A stretch of 64,000 bases of DNA from Amphiscolops sp. MND2022 (Eukaryota), in assembly GCA_964187785.1 (NCBI GenBank), contig OZ076409.1, positions 69,194,001 to 69,258,000 of the forward strand, written 5' to 3'. A model generated the notes under the pieces. That model ran no database searches. It was not told the origin of the DNA and saw only the letters and a list, made by a program, of their open reading frames with translations. Of the stretch, positions 35,741 to 48,794 are shown piece after piece. Position 1 is the first letter of the stretch, and each line of letters starts with the position of its first letter. A program made the position numbers and the translations under genes.

Positions 35741-37104
35741 GAAACTGCTTCGATCAAGTCAAGATTGCTTATAATATACTGTCTTCTTTTCTTCTTTTTT
35801 TTTTCACTCGTGTACTGACAACCGTGTATCGTGTTTTTCGTATACTTTCCCATAAAGCATCGGTATCGTGTACGAAAAAGCATCGTGTACGGTCCCGTGT
35901 ATCGACTGTAAAAAATCAAGTTTATGAAAATTCATTTAGAAAACGCATTTTAACAACCTTTTCCAAATTCGTTGGTAAAAGTCTGTTTCGTCTCAAATAA
36001 CATCTCAAATTACGAAAAGAAAACATACTTTCCACTGAGAAAGAACTGACCTGAATGGCCAGGACTAAATGTTTGATCCCTTGTTTCAATTCCTTTTCGC
36101 CAGAATGTCAGTATCATTTCATCCCTTTCCGAGTTATTTCTTGTAGGTCAGCGAGCGAACGCGGAATAATTTTCATACTCATTTGGGAAGCCGATGAAAA
36201 TGCTTCATTTTTTGGTGTAAATCGTGTATTTTGAGTAAATCATGTAAATCGGTAGTTCGGGTAACGGTACCAGAAAATTCGTGTATTCCGGTACGTTACA
36301 TGTACCGACGTCAATTCACTGGTTGTGACCCGGAGCTAAAAGTTCATATCAGTTCCCATTTGGTAATTTTTGTCGATCGTGATAAGCTGAAGTCTTCAGC
36401 AAAAATAGAGGTGGACCTAAATGTTGTAAGAAATTTCCTGATGAGATTCAAGAAAAAAGTCTGTCTGATGATGTTTTTTCACCAAATAAACCGCATTTTG
36501 TTTTACCTTTCTCCCCCACCTAGGTTATACATGAAAAGTATGGGCCCAGTGTACACGATACGTGAAAAAATACCGATACACTAGTTTTCAACAAATATTC
36601 GGGTACTCGATACATACTTGAAAGTTGTTTACATGATTATACACGAAATTTTTTTCCGTGTTTTGACCAATAAGAATGTGATTAAATTAATGAAATATAT
36701 ATTCTATGTCTATTGAACCAATAAATGAAAATTTTTTGAATTTTTGTTTTCGTCTTAATACATGATACATACACGACTTTTTCAACGAGTACACGATACA
36801 TACACATTTTTTTCATGAAACTACGCGAATACACGATACACGAAAAATATAGTTAACGTCAATACACTACATGGGCCTGGTCTCCAAATTTTCACAGTAC
36901 GGCCTCAGACTTTATTTTACAAAACCCGTGTAAAAAGCAATTAACACAATAAAAAGTAGTAAGTCTGGGGGGGGGGATTTCCTAGAAAGTTTCTGCGATG
37001 TTTGCTTTGCAAGAAAAAGAGTGCGAGCAAAACCAGTTCTAATTTCTTTTTATAAGTCTAGCAATCTCGAAAAATTATTAAGAGAAAGGGGACCTTTCGA
37101 TATG

Positions 37105-37639
37105 TTTTTGGTCGGGGTTTTTGAAAAAAATGCACGGCTCTTACAGTGGCTAGTTTTTTTCGTCAGTTCAACGCGAACGACTTTTTTGTTCATTTGTTCA
37201 ACATCATCAACTTGAACTACGGACCTCCAAAAGATACTCGAAACGCCAGAACCTCGTCCAAATCAAAAACAACGACGTACAGAACCTCGAAAACATAGGA
37301 TGCCCCTCCCCTTTTGGTGTTTTTCACTCGAATTTTTTTGGCACAATGCGACTTTTTTTTGAAGTTTTTTAGATTCCACCAAAGGGTCTCCCCTTCGTTT
37401 GTTTCGATATTTTGCGACACAATGGATCTCAAAAAATCCCAAAGGGTCCCCTTTTACATTTTTCTGCATTGTGACACTGTTCAAAAATCTCTTTAAAATT
37501 TTTCAAGATCTCCCAAAGGCCCCCCCTTCAATTTTTCCATATTTTGCAACCAACTGGAGTTTCACAAAGTCCAAAGGGACCCTCCTTTTACAATTTTGAT
37601 CCTTGATATAGCGCCGACTTTGGCCGTTCCCGGCTTGTT
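37105..37639 (+). mobile_element. Non-autonomous Helentron/HINE-like repeat, copy 4
   Basis: Degenerate 5' end TTTTTGGTCGGGGTTTTTG; 3' end GATATAGCGCCGACTTTGGCCGTTCCCGGCTTGTT. Confidence 0.5.
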
Positions 37640-39796
37640 CCATTTAGTCAGATAATGTGTCGGAGAAAGCCAATTGAACTTAAGAACACATACATAGATG
37701 AATGTATACCCACTTCTTGATTTCTTTTAATGTAGAATCATTATTAAACATCTGTTTATGCATTATATGTATATTTGACAAAGATGCAATCAGTTAGAAT
37801 TTTAGAAAAACTAATCATCAATTATTTTATTCACATTTATGATCTCTAATTGTGTTTCTCTTGGTTGAGACTGGTTGTCTATCCACAACAGTTTCTTTGA
37901 ACGTCAATTCTTTCTCCAACTAATTGCTTTTCATCCTTATTTCAGATTCAATCTTTTAATCAATTTTTATTGTTGATAATTTCATAAACAAACAAAAATT
38001 GTATTTTTGCAAAGCTTAAGCGTTTGCAACACGCGAAGAAATGGTGGAAAATTTGTTGCAATTATCTTTAGTCGCAGCTTGTAAATACTAGGTTGAGATG
38101 ATGTTAAAAATTATCAAGACACATAAAGTTGAACAGTTTTTTGACAAATTTTTGAAACACACATTTCTGAAGATAATTTCAAGCATTTCAAAATGGCACT
38201 TAGATACAATTGTCATTTTTTGAACTTTTATTGTTGAAAAATAGGTTGAAAGGATCATTCCGTTTTGAACTGAATACAACGTCGTTATCTTGTGATCCAC
38301 ACAGCATGTATAGAATCTTATTCATGTCGTCGATTTTGAATTTAAAATTCAAGCTCATAAATCATGAACCAAGATGAGGAAATGTCGGTGAATTCATTGC
38401 CTATTACTTTTTGTTCAAAAAGATTGCAAATAAGAAATTGATAGGAAACGATATTGTTCAAAGAAAGTGAATGATGAGGAAAATATCCGGTTATTTACAG
38501 TAATATTCATGAAATGCTCTGTAACAACTCGTTCAACCATCTAATGTATCTAATGCACCCAGTTCAGCCAGCTTAATTGCCTCAAATATCTTCAAAGTCA
38601 AGCCCATGTTTTTCTTCTTTGAAGCCATAATATTTATACTCCCACTAAAAGCAAATCTAGATGCAGTAAGTGTGATTGAATTCTTCCTAGTTCAAAGCTT
38701 CAAAGAACGACTCTTGCTCAGTTCAGTGACACCAAAATGCAAACTCTCGCAATGACTTTTAATGGGAAAGTTGGCTCCGTATCTCTCTATGCTTAATCGC
38801 CTGTGGCATCTGCTGGGAATAGAAGGCGCTTCCTAATTGATTTTCTGCTTCGTTATTGGAAGCATCACAGCGCTTCTTTTTCCGTCTAACAGCTTTCCCA
38901 TTTCACCCCAACACCTCAAAATCACTCCTCCACCCCGCATCTTTACTCTACTACCCCTTACCTCGCCTTATTATCAGGTCTCAAAATAACAGGTCGTCAG
39001 CACAAAAGGATACCATTGAACCGTGAAAGCAGCCAAGCTCGTTGACTGGGTGGGGGATTACAATGCTACTATCTATTTTCAATTTATGACCAAATTATTT
39101 ATTTTTAGAATGCGGCCGTGTCCCAAATTATAAGCAATTTGCATGCATGCGTGAACAGTGCGTGAATGGCACAGTTGTTCATTCCTGATCGATCTAATCC
39201 CATAATCACCTTTTATGGGAGCGGAAAAGGTACATCTAAAGGGATTAGTACTCACATTACCCCGCCTCTTGAGTTTGAATGAATTATGACGGCTGTTCAC
39301 GTCAATTGGAGCGTGAATACTAGGCTGAATCACATTTGTGCCATACCCAAATAGAGCATAATAAAGATTCCTCAAAAAACAGACACACACTTGAAACAGG
39401 GCAAAAAGGAGCACTTTTTGGTATTCACGGGATGATCATCGTTTTTTGTCTGTTCTTTGGATGAACAGTCACTTTTATTTGCCAATTTTCTGCTAGTTTA
39501 GGTATCCATGGCCTTTGTCGCTTCAAAATTTCTCTTTGCTAGCTGCCAGTTTTGTTGAATTCCAGCTCCGGTACGTCAAACGTCGCCTTAGTCAAATAAT
39601 TTAAAATCAAGTGTGACAAGCAAAATGTTTTGGGTCGAATCAATCAGGATCGTATCATATAAGATCGAAAACAGCTAAATTTGAATAAAGTTCGAATGAA
39701 TTTTGAACAATTGAAATTGGTTTTACGACTCGGCTTGATTTCCTCGCTCCCCGATCTTCGTTAGGCCTCACTTCGTTCCTTCATTCAGGACACTAA

Positions 39797-40196
39797 CCTC
39801 GACAGTGCTTTTGTCCCCAAATGAGGACAGCGATTTTTTTCACAATCAATAAAATATTACGAAACGCAAAAAGCTCATAGGAAAACGAAGTTTTGTTTTT
39901 CTAATCAACAATCTATTGGACTACCTGGGGCGAGTTGTTATTTGTGTCAATATAGTTTGTTTTCCGAACCACCGGCAAAAAGGTAACTAGAAAAAAGTGA
40001 AAATTTGCAAAAAGATACTTTTCAGAAAATTATATTTTTCTCAATAACACAGCAACTGTTTGCTAAGTTACTGTCACTCTCTAGTAACACAGTTTGCCAC
40101 CATTGAAACCGCATATAGAAGTTTTTTTAATGAAGCTTCAGGGAAAAGTTCGAGTGTCATTTGAAAGGCCCGGCGAAGCTCGGTGTACTGTCGAGG
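39797..40196. mobile_element. piggyBac-like MITE (400 bp)
   Basis: TIRs CCTCGACAGTGC / GTACTGTCGAGG flanked by CTAA and TTAA. Confidence 0.5.
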
Positions 40197-41899
40197 TTAA
40201 TGGTTATCGTCTTGGAATATTCGATCAAAATTTAGAAATTATCGACATTAACATTTTCCAGTAGGTCACGTAGTAGAGTTTAAATAGGAATATTTTCCAC
40301 AAAATTTCTGAGGACGAAATTTCCGACTCCCAAATTTTAATTCGATCCGAGATAATTTCGCAAACTTTTAAATTCTAATTGTTTTGACAATACCCAACAA
40401 AGCTCATTTTTTGAGATAGATTGGTATTCAGTGAACATTCACTCTAAAGAGAACAGTGTTGCTATTATGATCATGTTTTTTTTTATGATTCACGGAAAAG
40501 CTCTTTTCGCCCACCAAGAAGTCTTCAGTTGAGTGCTTAGTGCTATTGTTTTTTTTGTTTCAACAGAAGGACAATTTAAAAGAATGCCGTCCGCTTTTTC
40601 AACAAATATCTATCAGATACTTTGAATCACTTGATGTAAGAAAGCGAATGTCAATATTGTTATCGCCGAAGATATATACCATATTGTTAATGAAACGCAG
40701 AAATGATAACATTTGAAGTGCACTTTTATCTTTTTCATTGTTGAATTCAAATTAAAAGTAGGAGCAAATTTTTGAAATATTACTCATTTTATTTATTGGC
40801 TGAGCTTAACCGACAGTCATAAATGACAATGTCAAAAGTGTGCACAATCAATGATAATTGACAGAATCAAGGAAACAGTCACGTTCAAGAAAAATACTTA
40901 AAACTGTCTGGAAAACCAATAAAATGAATTCGACAGAATTCGACTCTTTCAAGCTTCAACAGTAGAAGTTTTTTCCAGAAACTTGAAATAAAGAAGCGAT
41001 TCCAAATTTGATGAATCTGAATTCTTGGATATAAAAATAGCTCGACTCTTGCTGCGTCTGTGTCTCCAGAAAACAAGTTTTAGTTGAGAACTAATGGAAA
41101 AACGTTCTTGAAGCTAAATTACTTTTCCTTCAATTCTGAGAAAAAATCTTACTTGGGCAGTATGGCATTTTGCAACGATTTGGATCCAGCGTATTAAAGG
41201 GGGCACTTTTTCGAGCATTTCGATTTTCTGAAAAAAAAATGGAAAACTTCGTTGAAAATCAAGAAATTTCCGAAGATACTTTTCCTCATTTTCGTGCAGC
41301 GGTCACTAGAAAGTATCTGGATATAAGATTTTCTTGTCTTCAAGTTCTGCTGTCCGATGTATGGTTTGTTCTTTTACACCTTATCAAAGACAAAACGAAA
41401 TGCTGAGGGATTTCATTGACGTTGATTACTTTTTTCGAACTTTCGGGTGTTAGTAATGTGCCATAAATAACATGAAATTTTTTCGTACTCAGTTAATAGC
41501 TTACCAGTGCCGTTTTCATTTCGTAATTTCTGCGGTTAGCTTGTTAGTTCGTCATTTTCTGATGAATTTCAGTCTAAATCTCAGTTAAAATCACCCTAGT
41601 CAAGATTGCATGAACTTTTTACATGCTGCATGAAAACATGCAGGCTAATCTTTTCGTACAAAACATGGAAAATTCAGGGTGCCTACAGGGAAACATTTTC
41701 CAGGAATATAATGCAGCTTCCACTTTTTCCACCGCCGCGATCACTTTGCTTTCACGCATAAGTTTCCCAAGTAAGTAGCTTATGTAATCACCGTTAGTCG
41801 AATAGAACGCTGAATATGAAGCTACGTTAAAACTTATAATGTGATTGAAGCCTATTTGCTTTGAAATCGCGGTACTATTGATGAAGTCTCAGCTGCTTT

Positions 41900-42436
41900 C
41901 GAAATTAGAACTGCTTCCTAATGAAACCTGCATAACTTCGCAGCTCGGAACTGCCGCCAAATTTAGCATGCATCTTATCGAATCTGTGAAATTTTAATGT
42001 GTGGACGTTTCCTCGAGAGTTTGATAAAATCATGAAAACTTAGCTTGGTAACCAACAAAAACATGTAGAAAGTCCAAGCAGTATCAACCAGGGCATTGAG
42101 ATGCTCAGATACAGTCGTTCCCGGCGCAATATGGAATTGATGCGATGAAATTCAAATTTTTGCATTTCATATATCAAACCGTCATTCATATACAAATTTG
42201 TTGCACTCTGAATATAAAAGTTGCACTCGAAATATCAAGTTGCCATTCAAATAGAACACAGTTGAGTTGGATGCCGTACGTTGCATTTCAAATATGAATA
42301 TTATCAATATAATATAAAAGTGTTGCAACCAAATAAAAAAACTCTTCAGAAACATCCGTTTCCGTGTTTCCGTTTTAAAATTTCCGTTTCAACATTTTGC
42401 TTTGCTTTACAGTTTAACTATTCAACTAGCGTGAAC
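41900..42436 (+). repeat. 537-bp direct duplication, left copy (abuts the Gypsy LTR)
   Basis: Matches 48258-48794 with about 4 substitutions; constant offset of 6358 bp. Confidence 0.93.
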
Positions 42437-42859
42437 TGTTCTATTCTAAGGTTGATGTAAGATATATGAGAAAACGAATAAAAGTAATGTTTGTCTTCCC
42501 AATCTTTTATCAAATGTTCTATCCCAAATTTGTATCCAAAATGAGTATAGAGTAAAGTAATCTATTTAGAATTTGTTTGTATACAACTCTTAGGTATGCT
42601 AGACAATTGGGTGGTAGTTTGTAGTTGAGACTCAATAGGGGTCATTCGGATCGACCGTATAACATTTCCCCCTCTCTCCTCTTTTTGGTTCTTTTCTAAT
42701 CGTCGGAAAGGTTCTTTGATGCCGACGTTGATGGTCGGGTTGGTGTCGTCTCCAGATCCTGTGGTAGGAAGTCTGCCGGCTTTTGGATCACTTCCGGTTG
42801 TGGCGTCTCTTTTCTTCTGTTCCAGGGATTTCCTGTAAAACATAAAATTAGTTTTCTGT

Positions 42860-45719
42860 TTATCCCCAAAAGTTTCCTGTATATGATAAACCACCGTATC
42901 TATTCGGTTTATTTGTTTTTCGGTTTGAACGCCGTATGTTATGTTCTAAATTCTCACCAGAAACTTCATCCTCGGTGTGAATTTGTATTGCGTCGTCTTC
43001 CGGATTCGTTTGTATCGGAACATAACTTCCGTTTCGCTCGGATGTATCGTATGTGATGTTTCCGGTCTCCTCCGGCATTTCTTCGTCCTCATCATCATCA
43101 TCGTCTTCTGTCTCGCTGTCGGTCTTTCTGTTTTGTACTATTTTTAGTTTTCCATTTTGTATGTCCCATAGGATTTCGTCCCAGCGGCCATACTTCCCGT
43201 CTGGTCCACGGAGGCAGTGTCTATTCTTCGATAGAATTTCACCGCTTGTCATTGGTGCCGGTTCTCGTCTTGTCTTTCTTTCATTCTGAAATAATGGGCC
43301 CGAAATAAATTTTCGGCTGATGGTTTTTCCGGTATCCGTTTTCACGGTGTTTTCGGTTCCGCTTATTGCGGTTTGTATTTCCTTTTGAAATTTTCCTTCT
43401 AGGGACTTTTTGTTATGGTTCTTTTCCCGGAAATTTCGGTCCCTCTGCTAGTTTCTTCTCTTCCGTTTTGTTTCGTGCCATAATGATATGGTTTATTATC
43501 TCGCCTTCTCCGTCTCGACCCACGTAGATGGGGATCTTCGGTCTTATTGGTGCTGAAATAGATAATTCTGACCAATCAGATAGGAAGGTTTTACCGTCTT
43601 TAACAATGTTTGTTAATTCGGTTCTCGGCTTTCTTCCGTGATGTAATTCAAATGGTGTTTTCTTAAGTCCCGTGTGTACGGTAAATCGCATTACTCGGAG
43701 TGCTCGGTTTACGCTTTCGGTAAGAATTTTACCGTCTTCCATGTTTGTTAACACTAGATTTTTCAGTGTCTGTATTGCTCGTTCCACCACTCCATTTCCC
43801 GTGTGTATCCGGGGTGTACAATATTCAATTTCTATGTTCCGGTTTTTGCAAAATTGCCGGTATTCTTTTGAGATAAAGGCGCCTCCTTTATCCGATTTAA
43901 TTTTCTCCGGTATTCCGTATAAATTAAAATTACTTGTTAAAAACTGTATCACTTTTGTTTCGGCAGTTTTACAAATTTTTACGGTTGGCCATTTACTGAA
44001 TCTATCTACCGCAATTAGTATTTGTACGTCTCCGTGTATTTTTTGATTGTGTAGTTTTCCGGTGAAATCGATTTGTATTTCTTGTCCCGGTTCGGTTAAT
44101 TTTCCTAGTTTTCCGTAGTGTTTACTCGGTATTTGATATTTGAGATTTTTACCTGAGGCAAGGCATGCAGTGCAGTCTTTAGCTTTCATTTCGATGTCGG
44201 ACTTCTTTGTTGGCCACCAGAATATTTTGGCCTCGGTTTCCATCTCTGTCATTCCGGCGTGGCCGAAGTGGAGAATATCCAAAAGTCTTCTTCGGAGATC
44301 AATTGGTATCACTATTTGATCGTCCACAAATACCAGCCCCCATCTGATTGATAGTTTGTCGAAAACCGGTTTATAACCATCCGGAGTGATTTCACGGTCT
44401 TCGCGTCTCATGCTGTTCCGTACATGAGTGAGTTCAGGGTCTGTCGCGGTCTTCGAGATGAGGGTTTTCAAGTCCATCATGAACTCGAATTCGGCTTTTT
44501 TAATGTTCTCCTCCATGATCTTCTTGTTAGCTGTCAGCTTCCCCACAATGTGGTTGATCTGGATGTATTTTGCCTCCTTCCCGTCAGTGTTGTACTTGCT
44601 TAGATCTACTATTGGCAAGTTATCTCCGCGTGGCAGTACGCTGTCTTCCTCGGTGTCTTCTGGTTCCTGGTTAATTTCGCCCTCTTCCGTATTATCTTCC
44701 GGTTCTTCCTGTATTGGTTGGTATCCTCCTCCCAATCTATTTGCGCGTCTCATAATTTCCGCGTCAATTTCTGCAATTTCTTCGCGGCTTCTTTTGTTGG
44801 GACGGGAGGGTGCGAATACTGTCCGCTGTGTTTGGTGGTCATACCGGCGTCTCAAGGTTCCTGGCCGGGATAGTGCATTTCGTTGATCTATCAATCTTTT
44901 GGTTTCCGGACTGTTGTTGCGGCGTCTGATAATGTTCATGATTTCACGGGTGGCTCCCCAGTTTTCTCTATCCATTTTCTCAGTGTTCTGCTGTAACGAA
45001 TGGTAACTTGATTTTGGAGTGCTAATTTCGGACTGCCCGGATGTAGTTGGTTTGTTGAGTTCGGTTTTGTTCACGCTGTTTATGTTTTCGAATATTCTAT
45101 TCGTTTGTGATTGGTTTTCGTTGCGCTCATCTTTTATTTCGGTTGCGTCACTGCGTAGTTCGGTTTTGCGTTTATCGTGTTTTGATTGGTCGGCGAATAA
45201 TCTTCCGTGTTCCAAGTTTAATTTGGCGTGCTCGGTTAATATGTTAATTACGTATTCTTCTTCGTAATTTTGTTCCGGTGCTGCTCCCCCTACCGGATTT
45301 CTGCGGAGATAATCGGTGAATTTCAAATTGCTGCCGGCGATATGTTGTATTGAAATGTCGAAGTGTGTTAATCGGTCTAACCACCGTGTTAATCTTGCGC
45401 TATATTGTTTGTTACACCGGTTTCGTTTAATCAGTGGTTGCAATGCTTGATGATCCGTATATAGGTATACTTTCTTTCCGTATAAATAAAATCGGAATTT
45501 CTCTAATCCCCATACTACCGCTAATAATTCCAATTCGCTGATTGAATATTTCTTTTCGGTTTCATTCAAATATCTATTACCGTATGCTATCGGTTTCGTG
45601 TTTCCGTCGTCTTGTTTTTGCCAAAGTGTTATTCCGAGACCGGTAGTGCTTGCATCTGTTGTCACTATATTGTCTTTATCTTTCGCGTAATGGGCCAGGC
45701 ATGGTCCTTCGGTTAACAT
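42860..45719 (-). pseudogene. pol: pol 3' part: RNase H, long charged insert, integrase and C-terminal tail; frameshifted
   Basis: TTDASTTGLG, ELELLAVVW, YTDHQAL; HFGHAG...CTAC; IDFTG, SDKGGAF, NGVVERAI. Confidence 0.92.
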
Positions 45720-45724
45720 TTGTT

Positions 45725-47974
45725 TTATTTTTTCAAAGTCTTTTTGTTTTTCTTCTTCCCAATTCCATGGTTCATTTTTTTCAGAAGTTTCCTCAGTCGG
45801 TCTGTTCGTTCCGAAAGTTTCTGTAGGAATTTCGCCATATATTGTATTGCTCCGATAAATGATTTTAATTCTTTTGTGTTTTTCGGTGGATTTAATTTTT
45901 GTATCGCTTCGATTTTTTCTTCGTTCGGTTTGATTCCGTTCTCATCTATTTCGTGTCCCAGCCATTTTATTCGGTTCAAAAAGAATTCGGACTTTCTTTT
46001 ACTCGCTCTATATCCGGCTTTCTCTAATTTATTCAAAATGTCGAATAGTTTTCCTTCGTGGTCCTGTTTGTTTCCGCGAGTTACCACGATTATGTCGTCT
46101 AGCCAAGCCGGTGTACAGTATTCGAGTGTCCGGTCAATCTTTTCTTGAAATATCGTGGGGATATCGGCCAATCCGTAAAATACCTTTTTAAATCGATAGT
46201 ATCCGCTGAAATTTCCTCCGGTTAATGCGAATACGCATTGTCGGCTGGTTTCATCTGATAATTTCATTTGTCCGTATGCGTAGTCCAAATCAATTTTTGA
46301 CATGAATAACTGTGTTGTACGGTCACGGGTAATTTCAATCGAAATCTGGTTTAGTAATTCCTCCATGTTCGGCATGTGTGGTCTCATCTTGATACAACTA
46401 TCATTTAGTTTCCGTGAGTCCAGTGCTATTTTTACCGACTTATCACTTTTTACGGTTATCACCACATGAGAGACAAAACAATCTTCGTCTACATTGTTTA
46501 CTTTTTCCAAGTGTCCGGATTTTATTAATCTCTCTAATTCTCGTTCTACATCTTTCTGTAGATGTAGTGGTACCGGTCTGGCTTTCTGTTTTATCGGTTG
46601 GTGTCCCGGTTTCAATTGAATTTTTATTTCGGTGTCTTGTATTGTTTCATTGTTTTCAAATAGGTCCGGGAACTTTGTGAATACTTTCTCGCGTTCTGAT
46701 TGGTTGTTCTCGGCCAATTGTATTTTTCCGATTGTTGGTTTGAATTTCTTCATCCAGTCCATTCCGAGTAGTGGTGTTATATCTGTTCTCTCGGTAATTA
46801 AAATTTCCATTTTCTGTTTGTTGTTTTCGTATTCTATGTTCACCGGAATTTTTCCCCGGAATTTCACTTCGTTTTTTTTCACATCTTGGTATCTATTTGT
46901 TATTTTCTGAATTTCGGTAGCTTTCATGATTCTTTCGTCGGAGGGCATTATTGAAACGGGTGATCCGGTATCGATTATGAATTCCTTCTTTACTCCGTTG
47001 ATTTGTACTGTTGCCGTAAAGTGTTTGTTCATTTCGTTTATCTTCTTGATTTCTTTTATGTGGTGAATGCTTACGTCTGAGTCACTTGTTGATTCGTTCG
47101 GTTCGTTTGTTCCTTCTTCGGTTAGTCTTTTCACCGTTCGGTTGTTGTTGAATTTCTGTCTGCATACTTTTGCGTAATGTCCTTTCTTTCCGCATTTGTT
47201 GCAGTTGGCTTCTAGTGCGGGGCATTTATGCATTGGTGTCCAGTTTTGAGCATTACAAAATCTGCATGTTCGGTTTCCGAAGTTTTTATTTTTCGGTCTT
47301 GTTCCGAATCTTTCCATTCTTTGGATCGGTTCTTCTTTAATTATGTGTTTTTCTTTTGTTGATATCAAGGCTTCCGGTATTGTATTCTTTTTATTCTTTT
47401 TCTCGTACGTGTTTTGTTTTATCAGTTCGATTATTTTTTTTAGTTCCAACGTTTTTTCTTTCATTATTTTGTCCCGTAATTTTTTATCGGTGATCGCTGT
47501 CATATATTTTGATATCAACAGTTCTTCGGCTGATATTGCATTGAAGTTACATTCCTTTTCGATTTCGATCAGCCGTCTCCAGAATTCTTCCGGTGTCTCA
47601 TCTTCGGTCTGCTTCGCCCAGAAGAAATCTCCGCGATTGTGGTAAGTGTTTCTTTTCGGCATATAGAATTCGGTGAATAACCGGATTAGGTCTTTCACTT
47701 TTATGCTGTCGGGTTCCGTTTTATATTCGGCCCTAGTTATTTGGTCTAATGCTTCCGGTCCCACTCCCCATATAAAATCTTCTTGTACGACTTGTTCTTT
47801 TCCGTTCCAATCGGCATCCGTAATATTTCCTCCTTTCAGTATTGGGTTAATGTCAATTTTGTGTTCCCGTTTACAAAACTGCCGGAACCTTTCAAGCCAT
47901 TGTCTCGGTGTAAATACCGGGTTTCCGTCTGTGGCTTTTGTTTCTAGGTTTGGGACGATATTTCTTTCGGCCAT
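45725..47974 (-). CDS. gag-pol: gag-protease-RT part of the Gypsy polyprotein; frameshift in an A-run near 45775
   Basis: Zinc knuckle CNKCGKKGHYAKVC; protease IIDTGSPVS; RT KIDLDYAYGQ, FYGL, WLDDII, KWLGH. Confidence 0.93.
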   Translation of the reverse strand: MAERNIVPNLETKATDGNPVFTPRQWLERFRQFCKREHKIDINPILKGGNITDADWNGKEQVVQEDFIWGVGPEALDQITRAEYKTEPDSIKVKDLIRLFTEFYMPKRNTYHNRGDFFWAKQTEDETPEEFWRRLIEIEKECNFNAISAEELLISKYMTAITDKKLRDKIMKEKTLELKKIIELIKQNTYEKKNKKNTIPEALISTKEKHIIKEEPIQRMERFGTRPKNKNFGNRTCRFCNAQNWTPMHKCPALEANCNKCGKKGHYAKVCRQKFNNNRTVKRLTEEGTNEPNESTSDSDVSIHHIKEIKKINEMNKHFTATVQINGVKKEFIIDTGSPVSIMPSDERIMKATEIQKITNRYQDVKKNEVKFRGKIPVNIEYENNKQKMEILITERTDITPLLGMDWMKKFKPTIGKIQLAENNQSEREKVFTKFPDLFENNETIQDTEIKIQLKPGHQPIKQKARPVPLHLQKDVERELERLIKSGHLEKVNNVDEDCFVSHVVITVKSDKSVKIALDSRKLNDSCIKMRPHMPNMEELLNQISIEITRDRTTQLFMSKIDLDYAYGQMKLSDETSRQCVFALTGGNFSGYYRFKKVFYGLADIPTIFQEKIDRTLEYCTPAWLDDIIVVTRGNKQDHEGKLFDILNKLEKAGYRASKRKSEFFLNRIKWLGHEIDENGIKPNEEKIEAIQKLNPPKNTKELKSFIGAIQYMAKFLQKLSERTDRLRKLLKKMNHGIGKKKNKKTLKK

Positions 47975-48257
47975 TGGTTTCCGTTTTAAAAGGATTTGTT
48001 CAATTTAAAAATCGGCCGACTGCGCCATGTTCTATTCTAAGGTTGATGTAAGATATATGAGAAAATGAATAAAAGTAATGTTTGTATTCCCAATCTTTTA
48101 TCGTATGTTCTATCCCAAATTTGTATCCAAAATGAGTATAGAGTAAAGTAATCTATTTAGAGTTTGTTTGTATACAACTCTTAGGTATGCTAGACAATTG
48201 GGTGGTAGTTTGTAGTTGAGACTCAATAGTGGTCATTCGGATCGACCGTATAACAAC

Positions 48258-48794
48258 CGAAATTAGAACTGCTTCCTAATGAAACCTGCATAACTTCGCA
48301 GCTCGGAACTGCCGCCAAATTTAGCATGCATCTTATCGAATCTGTGAAATTTTAATGTGTGGACGTTTCCTCGAGAGTTTGATAAAATCATGAAAACTTA
48401 GCTTGGTAACCTACAAAAACATGTTGAAAGTCCAAGCAGTATCAACCAGGGCATTGAGATGCTCAGATACAGTCGTTCCCGGCGCAATATGGAATTGATG
48501 CGATGAAATTCAAATTTTTGAATTTCATATATCAAACCGTCATTCATATACAAATTTGTTGCACTCTGAATATAAAAGTTGCACTCGAAATATCAAGTTG
48601 CCATTCAAATAGAACACAGTTGAGTTGGATGCCGTACGTTGCATTTCAAATATGAATATTATCAATATAATATAAAAGTGTTGCAACCAAATAAAAAAAC
48701 TCTTCAGAAACATCCGTTTCCGTGTTTCCGTTTTAAAATTTCCGTTTCAACATTTTGCTTTGCTTTACAGTTTAACTATTCAACTAGCCTGAAC
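48258..48794 (+). repeat. 537-bp direct duplication, right copy
   Basis: Begins 2 nt (AC) after the right LTR; matches 41900-42436. Confidence 0.93.

Larger units (their letters stand above)
42437..48255 (-). mobile_element. Full-length 5.8-kb Ty3/Gypsy LTR retrotransposon (Mag-like layout), frameshifted
   Basis: 228-bp LTRs at 42437-42664 and 48028-48255 (TGTT...AACA, 6 differences); PBS TGGCGCAGTCGG (48016-48027, tRNA-Ser-like); PPT GAGGAGAGAGGGGGAAA (42665-42681). Confidence 0.96.

Noticed and set aside
42562..42894. Possible env or extra ORF in the small Gypsy element
   Set aside because: It is short, runs through the PPT into the LTR, and has no signal peptide, TM segment or cysteine pattern.
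43053..48008. Plus-strand ORFs inside the 5.8-kb Gypsy element (e.g. 43672-44046, 44428-44886, 45720-46148, 47673-48008)
   Set aside because: They are antisense shadows of gag-pol with F/S/L-rich composition and no motifs.
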